Assembly: GCA_964548195.1 (NCBI GenBank)
Contig: CAZJQC010000008.1
Location: 131-64,130, forward strand
Reading direction: 5' to 3'
DNA: 64,000 bases
Origin: an uncultured bacterium
GTDB lineage: Bacteria > Macinerneyibacteriota > Macinerneyibacteria > Macinerneyibacteriales > DSCS01
A program made the position numbers and the translations under genes. Under the pieces are notes generated by a model. That model had not been told where the DNA came from. It saw nothing but the letters and a program-made list of their open reading frames with translations, and searched no databases. Shown here in pieces: positions 20,701 through 32,208 of this stretch; position 1 is the first letter of the stretch; the number at the start of each line of letters is the position of its first letter.

Positions 20701-22189
20701 AGTGCTGAAGGACCTTGACCAGTACACGCTGTACGAGGCCTCCTCCATATTGTTTGACGACCTTGTGGATATACTCACGCCCGCCTCATTCAGGCCGTTC
20801 GCGGAGCATCTGATACGCTATCACTCCCTCAACGGCACAATACAAAACATACCCGACATCATAATATGGCACAGGATCACCTACGATGCCCGTCTCCGGG
20901 ACCCGGTAAAATTAAGAAGATACATTCACAGATATTACGGCGAAGCCTCTTCCATACCATATATAAGGGACAGTATAATGTTAAGTTATTCCCACGCCCT
21001 GCGCGAGGCCGGAGACAAGCAGTACCTGAACTATCTCAGCCATTTTATAATAGATTTTCGGAAAAACAAGGACATGAACCGCGAGGACACGATCGCAAAT
21101 TCAACGCTTTTCAAATCGGCGGCCGCCCTGTTCCCCTCGCATGAGGACGCGCTGCTCCGTTTTGACGATTCGCCATTTTCTAATCAGGATACGGACTGCA
21201 TGAAGATTGCCCTGGACATCAGCGCCCATAATTCCCTTGACTCCGACTCATTCTTCAGAAAGACGCTGGCGACGGCCTTGTACTCTTTCGGTTATGAAAG
21301 AGCCATCCTTGTGAAAAACACATTCGGCAGTTTCAGGGACGAGTTCACACTGACCGCCGCCCCGTTCCTGTACGGCCCCAATGACGCCCCGTTATACATG
21401 GACCACATAAGGGAGATCAAAGACGATGTGCTCGAAGGCGCCGTTTCGGACAACCCGGGGGGCATAACCGGCTATATGATCATGCCGGTGGTCGACAAAA
21501 AGGTATGGTCGCGCATAAAAAGGGAAAACACATACAGTTACAGCGCCACGAAGAAGCCGTTGGAGTATCTGCACGGTTTCCTGTATTTCGACAAAAAGCA
21601 TAATGTCAGCTTCAAACGAAAGGATATCTCCGCGATACAAAGCCTTACGGCCCTGTATTTCGCCGAGTTCTGGAACTCCCGCATGGCCGAGGAGCGCTTT
21701 ATGAGGGACAAACTCACCGGCCTCTATTTCAGGGACGTGTTCATGAGCAAAGTATCCGAATATCTTTATGACGGTGACGCGCCCAACCGCAAGACAGTGT
21801 CGTTCCTGATGGTCGACATCGACGATTTCAAAGTGGTCAACGACACATTCGGGCATCAGAAAGGCGACAACGTCTTGAAGGAAGTGGCTGCCATAATATC
21901 AAAAAGCGTGCGCAGCTATGACATTTCCGGACGTTACGGAGGCGAGGAATTCATAATCGCCCTTCCGAACACATCGCATTCCAACGCGCGCAAAGTCGCA
22001 ACACGGATAAAAAACAGCATAGCGGAATCCCGTATAATGGGCGCCGTGAGGCGCATAAGCGTGAGTATCGGAATATCCCATTATCCGGAAGACTCACTGT
22101 GGCTTGAGGAACTGATACAGAAAGCGGATCAATGCATGTATGCGGCCAAGAAGGCCGGCAAGAACTCCGTGGTGTCGACATCAGACTGA
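17783..22189 (+). CDS. Multidomain signalling protein of 1468 aa with an N-terminal Hanks-type kinase-like domain, a long helical/TPR-like region and a C-terminal GGDEF diguanylate cyclase domain
   Basis: The kinase-like domain has a Gly-loop (LGSGEFGTVY). A candidate VAIK lysine sits in PVKALK. The catalytic loop is WHGDLRPENIII, which is HGD in place of HRD. DFM replaces DFG. The GGDEF domain has an RYGGEEF active site with an RxxD I-site (RSYDISGRYGGEEF) and the metal-binding DIDDFK motif. Confidence 0.85.
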   Translation: MDNINKRYDIIKELGSGEFGTVYQVRDNMDDAIPVKALKVFNSDKYPDKIDSFFNEFNYIRSIYLSCAVRTFEFGSIHFIDDAPFDGNYKYYTMEFVDGITLQDYLFLDSQERDSLLAKITFNVNWLHSNGFWHGDLRPENIIITLGNDIIFIDFMSSGDIGEEDGAFAEFMDEKYGFDVKKSWDGLSGGDVFTMLTDTMRKRKKFGFGLVREPIADVLKRAGGLNDGSRSLFLNLPNFNDDYYTLFLNRFSSLAAKNGYEFAQIFLNQDRASIVREVYMKLLEMPRFSARVRDEKTEISGIMGENGDFLTPIDPELGERLLSELINTALSVSPVVFALMNTRKTDRLSKQLLASTINSFSEKGVIIISNDNDFHPVADENRDIDILNEFTDPLSYSYYSIYNDRIRNLLMNFKSGFPKGAFDGFSSLDILKIFRYIQSITADEVMDIIKKGHMSYDPGAYNEDIFNAVVRDYQYLKLFIYMRYMDLPARNSLLAELMGSSYPDIKRELLIDGLLNPAANNMVNIADAALTGRIVSVAAKLPADMTDKINRDVIRVYENIGDDLSFNERFALAKAYFTIGDTEKMRAFLLEHIIKKPSAPMDMIENTTGWFIQKWRDEPDTSGRSDYDMHLMSLLYAMVVLSDDTVAQLKELLKIEKRYNADHYLNYKTLNLLFGIYFMRGDTENMNVYLQKMKKIQKHLDIYDSFDIGRCEIQYYYLRSEADKMMELSRKIMRKASASADPGLYKKQMSLFPFLSHYYTITRQDKKELALLKAYLKRAFDAGEPRFIYSAHTHFGSFYFSRGETIKSREHFELAAAEAEKLHDPFYMMQSYNNLSVNEKDTAKSVEYLYKALKYSEQAKDEKNRILIISNITESVPAEEAYALISKNSDLTKISDSEDAFVLNHSLKFLFNYITVLARLGKKDEMLSLADTIRSYRIAKRYSSAKNLRKLCLAKINIRAGGDIKKARSAITEVLKDLDQYTLYEASSILFDDLVDILTPASFRPFAEHLIRYHSLNGTIQNIPDIIIWHRITYDARLRDPVKLRRYIHRYYGEASSIPYIRDSIMLSYSHALREAGDKQYLNYLSHFIIDFRKNKDMNREDTIANSTLFKSAAALFPSHEDALLRFDDSPFSNQDTDCMKIALDISAHNSLDSDSFFRKTLATALYSFGYERAILVKNTFGSFRDEFTLTAAPFLYGPNDAPLYMDHIREIKDDVLEGAVSDNPGGITGYMIMPVVDKKVWSRIKRENTYSYSATKKPLEYLHGFLYFDKKHNVSFKRKDISAIQSLTALYFAEFWNSRMAEERFMRDKLTGLYFRDVFMSKVSEYLYDGDAPNRKTVSFLMVDIDDFKVVNDTFGHQKGDNVLKEVAAIISKSVRSYDISGRYGGEEFIIALPNTSHSNARKVATRIKNSIAESRIMGAVRRISVSIGISHYPEDSLWLEELIQKADQCMYAAKKAGKNSVVSTSD

Positions 22190-22194
22190 GACGG

Positions 22195-23982
22195 TCATTG
22201 TTCCTGATCCCTGTACTGCAGCCGGTACAGGTCGTAATATATACCCTTATTTGACATAAGCTCGCTGTGCGAACCGGATTCGCGCAGGCTGCCCTTGTGC
22301 AGGACCATTATCCTGTCCGCGTTTCTGATGGTCGCAAGCCTGTGAGCTATGATGATGGACGTCCTGCCCTCGGTCATCCTCGCCGTCGCCTCCTGCATAT
22401 ACTTCTCGGTCTCCGAGTCTATATTGGCCGTCGCCTCATCCAGTATCAGCACGGTCGGCTGATACGTCAGTGTCCTTGCGAATGACAGCAGCTGTCTTTG
22501 CCCCACGGAAAGGGATTTTCCACGTTCCATTATCACGGTATCGTATTTTTCGGGCAGCGCGTCGATGAATTTTTCCGCGTTGACATATCCGACTATGCTG
22601 CGCACTTCCTCCTCCGTGATATTATCGTTATAAAGGGTTATGTTTTCCTGTATGTTTCCCGAAAAAAGGAAGACATCCTGCAGGACTATGCCCAGCTTGC
22701 GTCTTAACGAGCTTATGTCCCACCTTCGTATATCCACGCCGTCGATCAGTATCTCGCCTTTTTGAATATCATAAAAACGTCCGATAAGGTTGATGATCGT
22801 GGTCTTCCCGGAGCCGGTCTGCCCCACCATCGCGATCTTTTCGCCGGGCCTGATCGTGAAACTGACATCCTTCAGCACCCAGTTCTCGGCCTCATAGGCA
22901 AACCATACATGGCTGAATTCGATCAATCCGTTCAAAGGCCCCTTGTATCCGTCACTCACGGAATAGACAAGGGACTCCTCTTCGCTCATGATGCCGTTTA
23001 TCTTTTCGGAAGCCGCCATGGCCGCCTGGAACACATTATAGCTCTGGCTCAATTCGCGCAGCGGCCTGAAAAACATCTCGATTAATATAAGAAATGCGGC
23101 AAGCTCGCCCATGGTAAGCGTCATCTTCATGATCTGCATGCCGCCGAACCATATGATCACGGCTTTGGCAAAGATGGAAAGAAAACTGATAAAAGGGAAA
23201 AAAAGGCCGTTTATCATGAGCACCTTCACGGTGGTCTTGTAATAATCTCCGTTAAGGCGCTGAAAACGCGCCATCTGTCTTTTCTGGCCGTTGAAAAGCT
23301 GTATGATGTCCATACCCACTATGCTTTCCTGCAAAAACGCGTTGATGAGCGCTATAAGCGATCTCATCTTCCTGTATACCACGGTAATCTGGCGTCTGAA
23401 AAAATACATGCCCAGCACGAGCAGCGGTATGGTGGCTAAAAGCGTCACCGCGGTCAGCATCCAGCTTTTAAATATCAGAAAGACAAGTATGCCCATAAGC
23501 ATCAGTGAATCGCCGATCACAAGCACCATGCCCGACTGCAGCAGTTCGGCCAATGCCTCGACGTCCGACGTGACCCTGGTCATTATCCGGCCTATGGGGT
23601 TTTTATCAAAAAACTTCTTCGGGAGCCTCATTATATGCGAAAATATATCCAGGCGCAGACTGTACATTATTTTTTGCCCGAGATATGTCATGATCCATAC
23701 CTGCAGGAACTGTGCGATGAAAAGCACGCCCCGGATGACTAGCAGTGTCAGCGCGACGGCCAGCAGTCCGTTGTAATCGGCCTGCGGTATGTATGTGTCG
23801 TATTCCCGCTGTATGATCTCCGGCGTCGCAAGCGGAAGAAGCGCTCCGAGAAACATCAGTATGACGGTGACGGCCATGAGGAATTTGTGTTTTTTTACAT
23901 ATCCGAGAAGCCAGAAGACGAGTTTTACGTCAAACTTCCTCTTCTTCTCGTCAAATACCGCTTTGCCCTGTCCCACGCTCAC
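22195..23982 (-). CDS. ABC exporter with fused TMD and NBD (MsbA/MdlB-like), second half of a likely heterodimer
   Basis: The Walker A motif is GQTGSGKTT. The ABC signature is LSVGQRQLLSFART. The Walker B motif is ILILDEAT. It overlaps the upstream partner by 4 nt. Confidence 0.9.
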   Translation of the reverse strand: MSVGQGKAVFDEKKRKFDVKLVFWLLGYVKKHKFLMAVTVILMFLGALLPLATPEIIQREYDTYIPQADYNGLLAVALTLLVIRGVLFIAQFLQVWIMTYLGQKIMYSLRLDIFSHIMRLPKKFFDKNPIGRIMTRVTSDVEALAELLQSGMVLVIGDSLMLMGILVFLIFKSWMLTAVTLLATIPLLVLGMYFFRRQITVVYRKMRSLIALINAFLQESIVGMDIIQLFNGQKRQMARFQRLNGDYYKTTVKVLMINGLFFPFISFLSIFAKAVIIWFGGMQIMKMTLTMGELAAFLILIEMFFRPLRELSQSYNVFQAAMAASEKINGIMSEEESLVYSVSDGYKGPLNGLIEFSHVWFAYEAENWVLKDVSFTIRPGEKIAMVGQTGSGKTTIINLIGRFYDIQKGEILIDGVDIRRWDISSLRRKLGIVLQDVFLFSGNIQENITLYNDNITEEEVRSIVGYVNAEKFIDALPEKYDTVIMERGKSLSVGQRQLLSFARTLTYQPTVLILDEATANIDSETEKYMQEATARMTEGRTSIIIAHRLATIRNADRIMVLHKGSLRESGSHSELMSNKGIYYDLYRLQYRDQEQ

Positions 23983-25706
23983 TCCTTACCAAGTTTCTCT
24001 TCAAGTTTCTGCCTGTTGAAAATATCGTAATAGATGCCCTTTACGGCCATGAGTTCCTCATGAGTGCCCTCTTCGGCTATACGCCCCTCTTCCATGACTA
24101 TTATCCTGTCCGCGTATCTCAACGTCGATATGCGATGCGCGGCTATCAGCACGGTCTTGTCTCTGAACAACGGCAGCATGGCATTGAGTATGCGTTCTTC
24201 GGTATCGGTGTCCACGCTGGAAAAACAGTCGTCCATGATAAAGAAAGGAGCGTTCTTCAAAACCGCCCGGGCCAGGGTCAGCCGCTGTTTCTGCCCGCCG
24301 GAGAGGTTTACTCCCCTCTCGCCAAGCAACGTATCGAGCCCTTCGGGCATATCGTCTATGGAGTCCTGAATATCAGCAACGCGAAGAGCTTCCATTATAC
24401 TCTCGTCGGAAGCCTCGGGGTCATGAAACGCCGTGTTCTCCCTTATGGATGTGGAAAAAAGAAAGGGTTCCTGAGGCACATACGCTATCATGTCCCTGAG
24501 GTCGAAAAAGCTGTATTTAGAGGCGTCCGTCCCGTTATATTTTATGGTGCCTTTCTCGTATCTCAATAATCCGCCCAGTAGCTTTATGAGCAGGCTCTTG
24601 CCGCTGCCTATGCGTCCCACGATGCCCACGGTCTCGCCCTGCCGTATATCCAGATCGATGCCGTCAAGGCTGTTTTTCCTGCCGTCGAAGGAGAATGTGA
24701 GGTCTCTGACCTCCACAGCCACCGACTCGGGGCGCTGTTCCACACGGACCGGATCGGGGCATTCCTTCACCACGGGCTCGGTGTCGAGTATCTCTTCTAT
24801 CCTGTTCAGCGAGGCTTTTCCGCGCTGATGTATGTTTATTGCGAAGCCTATCGCTATCATCGGCCATACCATGATGTTGAGATAGGTCAGAAAGGCTATA
24901 AGGTCGCCCTTTGTGGTCAGGCCGGCGATGACATTTTTTCCGCCGATATAGAGTACCAGTACATTGCTTATTCCTATGATAAACATGATGGATGAGTGAA
25001 GCAATGCCTGTATACGGCCAAGCCTGACGTTGTTGGCCAGATAATCCCTGTTAACGGCCGCAAACCTTTGTTTCTCGTCTTCTTCCCTGTTAAGCGATTT
25101 TAAGACAAAACTCCCGGAGAAGTCCTCCTGCACGAATGTGGAAAGACGGGAAAACCTGTTCTGGACCACCAAAGAGAGGCGGTGTATCTTTTTCTCAAGC
25201 ATCAGTACGATGAGGCTCATCAGGGGCAGAGGCGATACCGTGATCAGGGTGAACTTAAGGTCATAGCTGGCCATAAAAGCCAATGTCATCAGCCCCATCA
25301 CCACGGCGTCAAAGATCGAGACTATGCCGAATGAGAACATGCGCTGAACATGGTTTATGTCGTTTATGGAACGAGCCATAAGGTCGCCCGTGTTCCACTT
25401 TACATAAAAATGCTGGGAAAACGAAAGGAACTTGCCGTACAGACGCTCGCGTATGTCCCGTTCTATCTTGCGCGACATCCTCAGCAGAAAGATGCGCCAG
25501 ACAAACCTGAAGACAAACACCAGCAGAGCGAGAAAGGCTATCTTTAAGCCGGATACTGTAAAATAATTTAAATCGCTGGCGCCCTTCAGTCCGTCGTATA
25601 TGTTGCCGATGATCTTTGGTATAAGCAGTTGTGAAAAATCAACAAGCAGCAGCGCGACAAGTGATGCGAGAAGAAGAAGCTTATATTTTCGTATGTATTT
25701 CCACAT
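23979..25706 (-). CDS. ABC exporter with fused TMD and NBD, first half of a likely heterodimer
   Basis: The Walker A motif is GRIGSGKS. The ABC signature is LSGGQKQRLTLARAVL. The Walker B motif is FFIMDD. Confidence 0.9.
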   Translation of the reverse strand: MWKYIRKYKLLLLASLVALLLVDFSQLLIPKIIGNIYDGLKGASDLNYFTVSGLKIAFLALLVFVFRFVWRIFLLRMSRKIERDIRERLYGKFLSFSQHFYVKWNTGDLMARSINDINHVQRMFSFGIVSIFDAVVMGLMTLAFMASYDLKFTLITVSPLPLMSLIVLMLEKKIHRLSLVVQNRFSRLSTFVQEDFSGSFVLKSLNREEDEKQRFAAVNRDYLANNVRLGRIQALLHSSIMFIIGISNVLVLYIGGKNVIAGLTTKGDLIAFLTYLNIMVWPMIAIGFAINIHQRGKASLNRIEEILDTEPVVKECPDPVRVEQRPESVAVEVRDLTFSFDGRKNSLDGIDLDIRQGETVGIVGRIGSGKSLLIKLLGGLLRYEKGTIKYNGTDASKYSFFDLRDMIAYVPQEPFLFSTSIRENTAFHDPEASDESIMEALRVADIQDSIDDMPEGLDTLLGERGVNLSGGQKQRLTLARAVLKNAPFFIMDDCFSSVDTDTEERILNAMLPLFRDKTVLIAAHRISTLRYADRIIVMEEGRIAEEGTHEELMAVKGIYYDIFNRQKLEEKLGKE

Positions 25707-25987
25707 CAGCTCTCAGATTCACCGCCCCCGTTGACGGTTCCGGAGTTCAACTCGACAAAACGCATCTTGAGATTGGCGATGGATGTCTCCAAAAGCATCT
25801 TTTCCTCGTCATTGAGATTGCCCGCTGTCTTTGCCTTCAGCATATCCATGGTGTCTATGGTGAAACGGACCAGCTCGGGGTTCGTCTCCTTTTCACCTGA
25901 AACGGGATTTTCTATCAATCCGAGCCCAAGCAAAGCGTTTGTCGAAAGAAATGTGATATAGTCCCTGAAATCCATTATGATCCGCAC
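25706..25987 (-). CDS. Small acidic protein of 93 aa, DUF1844-like
   Basis: Fit to DUF1844 is recalled from memory and not searched. The start of the downstream ABC gene overlaps this stop. A TATATAAT -10-like element lies about 45 nt upstream. Confidence 0.45.
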   Translation of the reverse strand: MRIIMDFRDYITFLSTNALLGLGLIENPVSGEKETNPELVRFTIDTMDMLKAKTAGNLNDEEKMLLETSIANLKMRFVELNSGTVNGGGESES

Positions 25988-26071
25988 CTCCGTGAAATTT
26001 ATTTCGTGTTAAGAAATTATATACAGCTTCGGGGCGCCGCGCAATATTTTTTTCACGGCGCCCCCGAGATT

Positions 26072-28397
<2,326 letters not shown>

Positions 28398-28401
<4 letters not shown>

Positions 28402-28880
28402 TCTTCTCTCCCCTTTTTGAGTATGCGCTGGATTATGGCGGTGGTAGACCTGCCTTCTACAAACGGCAGGCTCATGACCCTGCCCCCCAGGGCAAGCACT
28501 ATGTCCGCCCCGACGATCTCTTCCACGGCCCAGTCTCCGCCCTTTACCAGGACATCCGGCTTTATTTCCGCGATCAGCTCATAGGGTGTGTCCTCGTCAA
28601 AGATGACAACATAATCCACGGACTTGAGCGATAAAAGCATCTCCGCCCGCTCGTTTTCAGGATTGACCGGCCTGTCCGGACCCTTCAGCCGTCTGACTGA
28701 ATTGTCGCTGTTAAGCCCAACGATAAGGCAATCGCCGCGGCTTTTAGCATCCGCCAGATAACGCAGATGCCCTATATGCAGTATGTCGAAACATCCGTTG
28801 GTAAAGACGGCGGTCTTGCCGGAATCTCTTAATGCGCGGATCTTTTCAGCCGCGGATCTTATTGACAACAAGTCTTTCAT
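28398..28880 (-). CDS. hldC: D-glycero-beta-D-manno-heptose-1-phosphate adenylyltransferase (RfaE domain II, stand-alone)
   Basis: The cytidylyltransferase-like motif is FTNGCFDILHIGHLRYL. Confidence 0.8.
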
Positions 28881-29859
28881 CTTTCAGCCTTTCAAACAGC
28901 GCCGTCTTGTCTATCGGGACGACGCCGGGGGTTTCCACCACTATGCCTGCGGCCACATTGCTGACGAAGGCGGCTTCGCTGTAAGAATACCCCGCGGCAA
29001 GCATCGCGGTCAGTGTCGCTATCACGGTATCGCCGGCGCCTGTGACATCGAACTCCTCTTTTGCGACGGTCGGGACATGGCTGACCGCGCCGGATTCCTC
29101 AAACAGGGTCATGCCGTCCTTGCCGAGTGTGATGATCAGCGCTTTCAATGCGAGGTCTTTCATGATGCCGTCGCCGACCCGTATCAGGGACGCCCGGTCC
29201 GTGATCTCCGTCCCGTACATGCCGCCCGCCTCGTGATGGTTGGGAGTCATGACCGAGACACCTTTGTATATGGGGTAATGCGCTTCCTTGGGGTCCACGG
29301 CCACGGGCACTCCGGCGGCTGAAAACAGGCCGATCACCTCGGAAATAAGTTCCCCGGTTATAAGTCCCTTGCCGTAATCCTCTATAATGACGCCGTCTAT
29401 ATTGCCGGCGATCTCCCTTATCTTGTCCTTTATACGGCCCAGCAGTTTCGGGCCCATAGGTTTCCTTGATTCCCTGTCGATGCGCACCACGTGCTGATTA
29501 TGGGCTATCACACGGGTCTTTACCGTGGTGGGACGTTCCTCATCCATTATCATGCCGCTTATGTCAATACCCCTGGCCAGAAGGAGTTCCCGCAGCTCTT
29601 CGCCGTGCACGTCATCCCCCGTGACGCCGATCAGCACAGCCGACGCCCCCAGTCCGGCGACATTGTTTGCCACATTCGACGCTCCGCCGGGAACAGACGT
29701 GTCCCGTCTGACATCCACCACCGGCACGGGGGCTTCCGGAGAGATGCGCTCCACCTCGCCCCATATATGCCTGTCCAGCATCACATCGCCGATTATCAGT
29801 ATCTTTTTTCCGGCCAAACGGTCTTTGTCAAATAAGATCATTTTTCCTCCATGTGACAA
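28846..29859 (-). CDS. hldA: D-glycero-beta-D-manno-heptose-7-phosphate kinase (RfaE domain I, pfkB family, stand-alone)
   Basis: The ribokinase-like N-terminus is KILIIGDVMLDRHIWGEV. The GAGD anion hole is TGAGDTVIA. The 3' end overlaps hldC by 35 nt. Confidence 0.8.
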   Translation of the reverse strand: MSHGGKMILFDKDRLAGKKILIIGDVMLDRHIWGEVERISPEAPVPVVDVRRDTSVPGGASNVANNVAGLGASAVLIGVTGDDVHGEELRELLLARGIDISGMIMDEERPTTVKTRVIAHNQHVVRIDRESRKPMGPKLLGRIKDKIREIAGNIDGVIIEDYGKGLITGELISEVIGLFSAAGVPVAVDPKEAHYPIYKGVSVMTPNHHEAGGMYGTEITDRASLIRVGDGIMKDLALKALIITLGKDGMTLFEESGAVSHVPTVAKEEFDVTGAGDTVIATLTAMLAAGYSYSEAAFVSNVAAGIVVETPGVVPIDKTALFERLKDERLVVNKIRG

Positions 29860-29888
29860 GTTTACATATTAAAATAATAATTTCAACG

Positions 29889-30533
29889 TTAAAGGGGCCA
29901 TTCCCTCGCAAGTTTTTCGCCGTATCCGCGACGCTCGAGCAGCCGGACTATCTTGGGTGCCCGGGAAGGCGCGGCCTTTATACCCAGTCTTCCGAAAACC
30001 ATGCGAAGCACAGACTCGGATAACGCGATATTGTCGGTCTCCGATTCGATCTCATATTCATACTCACCCTCTCCGTATGATATTACGTCAAGTTCAACGG
30101 GCACGCCATAGGGCTTCATAAGCCCCTTTTCACGCGTCACAGGCATGGTTGCCACAAGGCAGAGCTTTTCCCACCATCCCGGCGGAGCCGCCAGCTCATC
30201 CTTTACGCGTCCTATATAGGGTATGTCCAATCCCAGCATGCCGCTGCGCCCTTCGACAACGCTTTCCGCGTCCGCCGCCGGGACCTGCATCTCATACTCC
30301 TCGTTTATCTGCACCCCGGCGCGTCTCTGCGCGTACAATCTTCCCTTTAACCTGCATTTATACGTAAACACCCAGACGCCCGATACTTCGCGCAGGCGGA
30401 AGGACAATCCGGACATAAGCAGGTCCAGGTCCGGGGTGTCAAAATAATAGTTTTTCATCACATATGACCCGCTCAGAAAACCGTTTTCATGAAAGTAGTC
30501 CCTCAATCTGTAAAAATCATCCTTTGACATCAT
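29889..30533 (-). CDS. CYTH-domain (triphosphate tunnel metalloenzyme) protein
   Basis: I trimmed the start to the internal ATGATG (MMSKDD), because the longer ORF overlaps rqcH. The acidic EYEYEIE strand is typical of the CYTH family. Confidence 0.65.
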   Translation of the reverse strand: MMSKDDFYRLRDYFHENGFLSGSYVMKNYYFDTPDLDLLMSGLSFRLREVSGVWVFTYKCRLKGRLYAQRRAGVQINEEYEMQVPAADAESVVEGRSGMLGLDIPYIGRVKDELAAPPGWWEKLCLVATMPVTREKGLMKPYGVPVELDVISYGEGEYEYEIESETDNIALSESVLRMVFGRLGIKAAPSRAPKIVRLLERRGYGEKLAREWPL

Positions 30534-30591
30534 GTATTTAATCTCTTTTTCGATCACACTTTCCTCCAAAGCATACCCTGTTCGTGAAGCG

Positions 30592-32208
30592 CTATTTGCG
30601 CTCGGCCCTGCGCCCGGTAAGGCGCTCCACCACGGCATAATCCTGATCGACGATGACAGTTGAAAAGTTGTCATACAGCACAAATCCCGGGGGCGTTCCC
30701 TTGGGCTTTTTCACATATTTCGCTTTTGTGATGTCGACGGGCACCTTGCTGCCTCCCCTGGCTTTGCTCATATAGACCGCAAGCTGCGCGGCGGCTTCCA
30801 CCGTGTCATCGTCCGGCTCGCTGTCATTCGGGCATCTTATCACCACATGCGTGCCTGTCATGTTCCTGACATGAAGCCAGCTGTCGTTGCGGGATGCGAT
30901 TTTCAGCGAGACATACTCATTTTCCCTGGCGCTTCTGCCGTAATATATAATACAGTCGCCGGACTTGAAAGAGGGCGTCTTGACCGCGTCGCCCTTTTTG
31001 CGGACCGTTTCCTTTTTTGTATAGGAAGGCATGCCAAGCTCCCGCCCAAGAGCCCTGATATCGTCCAGCGTCTCGGTGCGGCCGGTAAAAAACTCAGTCT
31101 GTTCCAGGTATTCCAACGCGCTTTCGATCTCCGCGCGCCTTCTTTCCACGGCTTCCAGAGCCCGTTTGCCTCTGGTGTATTTTTTGTAATATCTTGCCGC
31201 GTTATCCGAGGGCGAGAGCGACGGGTCCAGCGCTATTTTGACTTTCTCATCCGTTACAGGGTCGGTCAGCATGACCTCATCGTCATATTTGCCCACAAGA
31301 CGGCCGTATGTGAGGAGCAGGTCGCCCTTTTGCTTGTAAACGGCGTATTCAGAGTGTTTTTTGAAATCGCCCCGTATGTTTTCCAACGTCCTGAGTGTTC
31401 TTTTCTTTTTCTGAGTTATGTATTCCAGCACCCGCGCCCTGGCCGCCTCAACGGCCCTGTTGCCCATCCATGTCCCGTAATATCCGTTGACCGCGTTTAC
31501 GACCCCTTCAAAACGGCCCGCCTCTTCCCAGCCGGGATAGCATATGGGCGCTATTATTGTCTTTCCGCGGCGTGAACAGACATAAAACACTTCGGCATCA
31601 ACCATTTCGTCAAGCAGACGCTGAGCCTCGTCCCTGCCGTTTTTTTCGCGGACGGACATAAGATATTCTTCAAGATGGCTGTCAGTATTGACAAATCTGA
31701 TGTCTCCGGATCCGGGCACGGGTGTGTCAAAGACAGATGGAAACGGAGTCGGAGGCGCAACATACAGGTCTCCGGCCTCCAGGGCCCTTGCGCCGGCAGC
31801 CGGCTTTAACACCTGCTGTATAATGCCGTCCTTGATCACGAAGGCATTGACGGCACCGTCTATCATCTCAAAGACCAGTACGAAGGATTCCAGTCCAAGA
31901 GGATTTAGTTTTTCCAGGACAAGCTCGACCACCCGGTCTCCGCCCGGCGTATTCACGGATACTATCCTGCTCCTGGAAAGCGACTTTTTCATGAATCTCA
32001 TAAACGGGGTCAGCCGCACGCCCTCAAGCGGGGCGTTGTCGGAGGAAAATTCTATCCATGTCACATCGCCGCCGAGATGAAAGGTGAGGCTGGCCCTGCC
32101 GGCGGCGAGGCGCACGGAGCGTCCCAAAAAGGATATGTCGCTGATCATCTTTCCGTTGATGGCGCCGTCCACCGTTTTGATCAGCCTGTTGAGCATAAAA
32201 CCGTCCAT
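30592..32208 (-). CDS. rqcH: Ribosome quality-control factor RqcH / fibronectin-binding protein A family (NFACT-N plus NFACT-R/DUF814)
   Basis: The length is 538 aa. The NFACT-R motif IIYYGRSARENEYVSLKIASRNDSWLHVRNMTGTHVVI is present. Confidence 0.85.
   Translation of the reverse strand: MDGFMLNRLIKTVDGAINGKMISDISFLGRSVRLAAGRASLTFHLGGDVTWIEFSSDNAPLEGVRLTPFMRFMKKSLSRSRIVSVNTPGGDRVVELVLEKLNPLGLESFVLVFEMIDGAVNAFVIKDGIIQQVLKPAAGARALEAGDLYVAPPTPFPSVFDTPVPGSGDIRFVNTDSHLEEYLMSVREKNGRDEAQRLLDEMVDAEVFYVCSRRGKTIIAPICYPGWEEAGRFEGVVNAVNGYYGTWMGNRAVEAARARVLEYITQKKKRTLRTLENIRGDFKKHSEYAVYKQKGDLLLTYGRLVGKYDDEVMLTDPVTDEKVKIALDPSLSPSDNAARYYKKYTRGKRALEAVERRRAEIESALEYLEQTEFFTGRTETLDDIRALGRELGMPSYTKKETVRKKGDAVKTPSFKSGDCIIYYGRSARENEYVSLKIASRNDSWLHVRNMTGTHVVIRCPNDSEPDDDTVEAAAQLAVYMSKARGGSKVPVDITKAKYVKKPKGTPPGFVLYDNFSTVIVDQDYAVVERLTGRRAERK

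Noticed and set aside
25988-26071. GC-rich inverted repeat GGGGCGCCG...CGGCGCCCC between pyrG and the DUF1844 gene, considered as a terminator
   Set aside because: The loop is about 16 nt and there is no U-tract on the transcribed minus strand. It is more likely part of the promoter region, since a TATATAAT element follows, or a weak structure. It is not confident enough to annotate.
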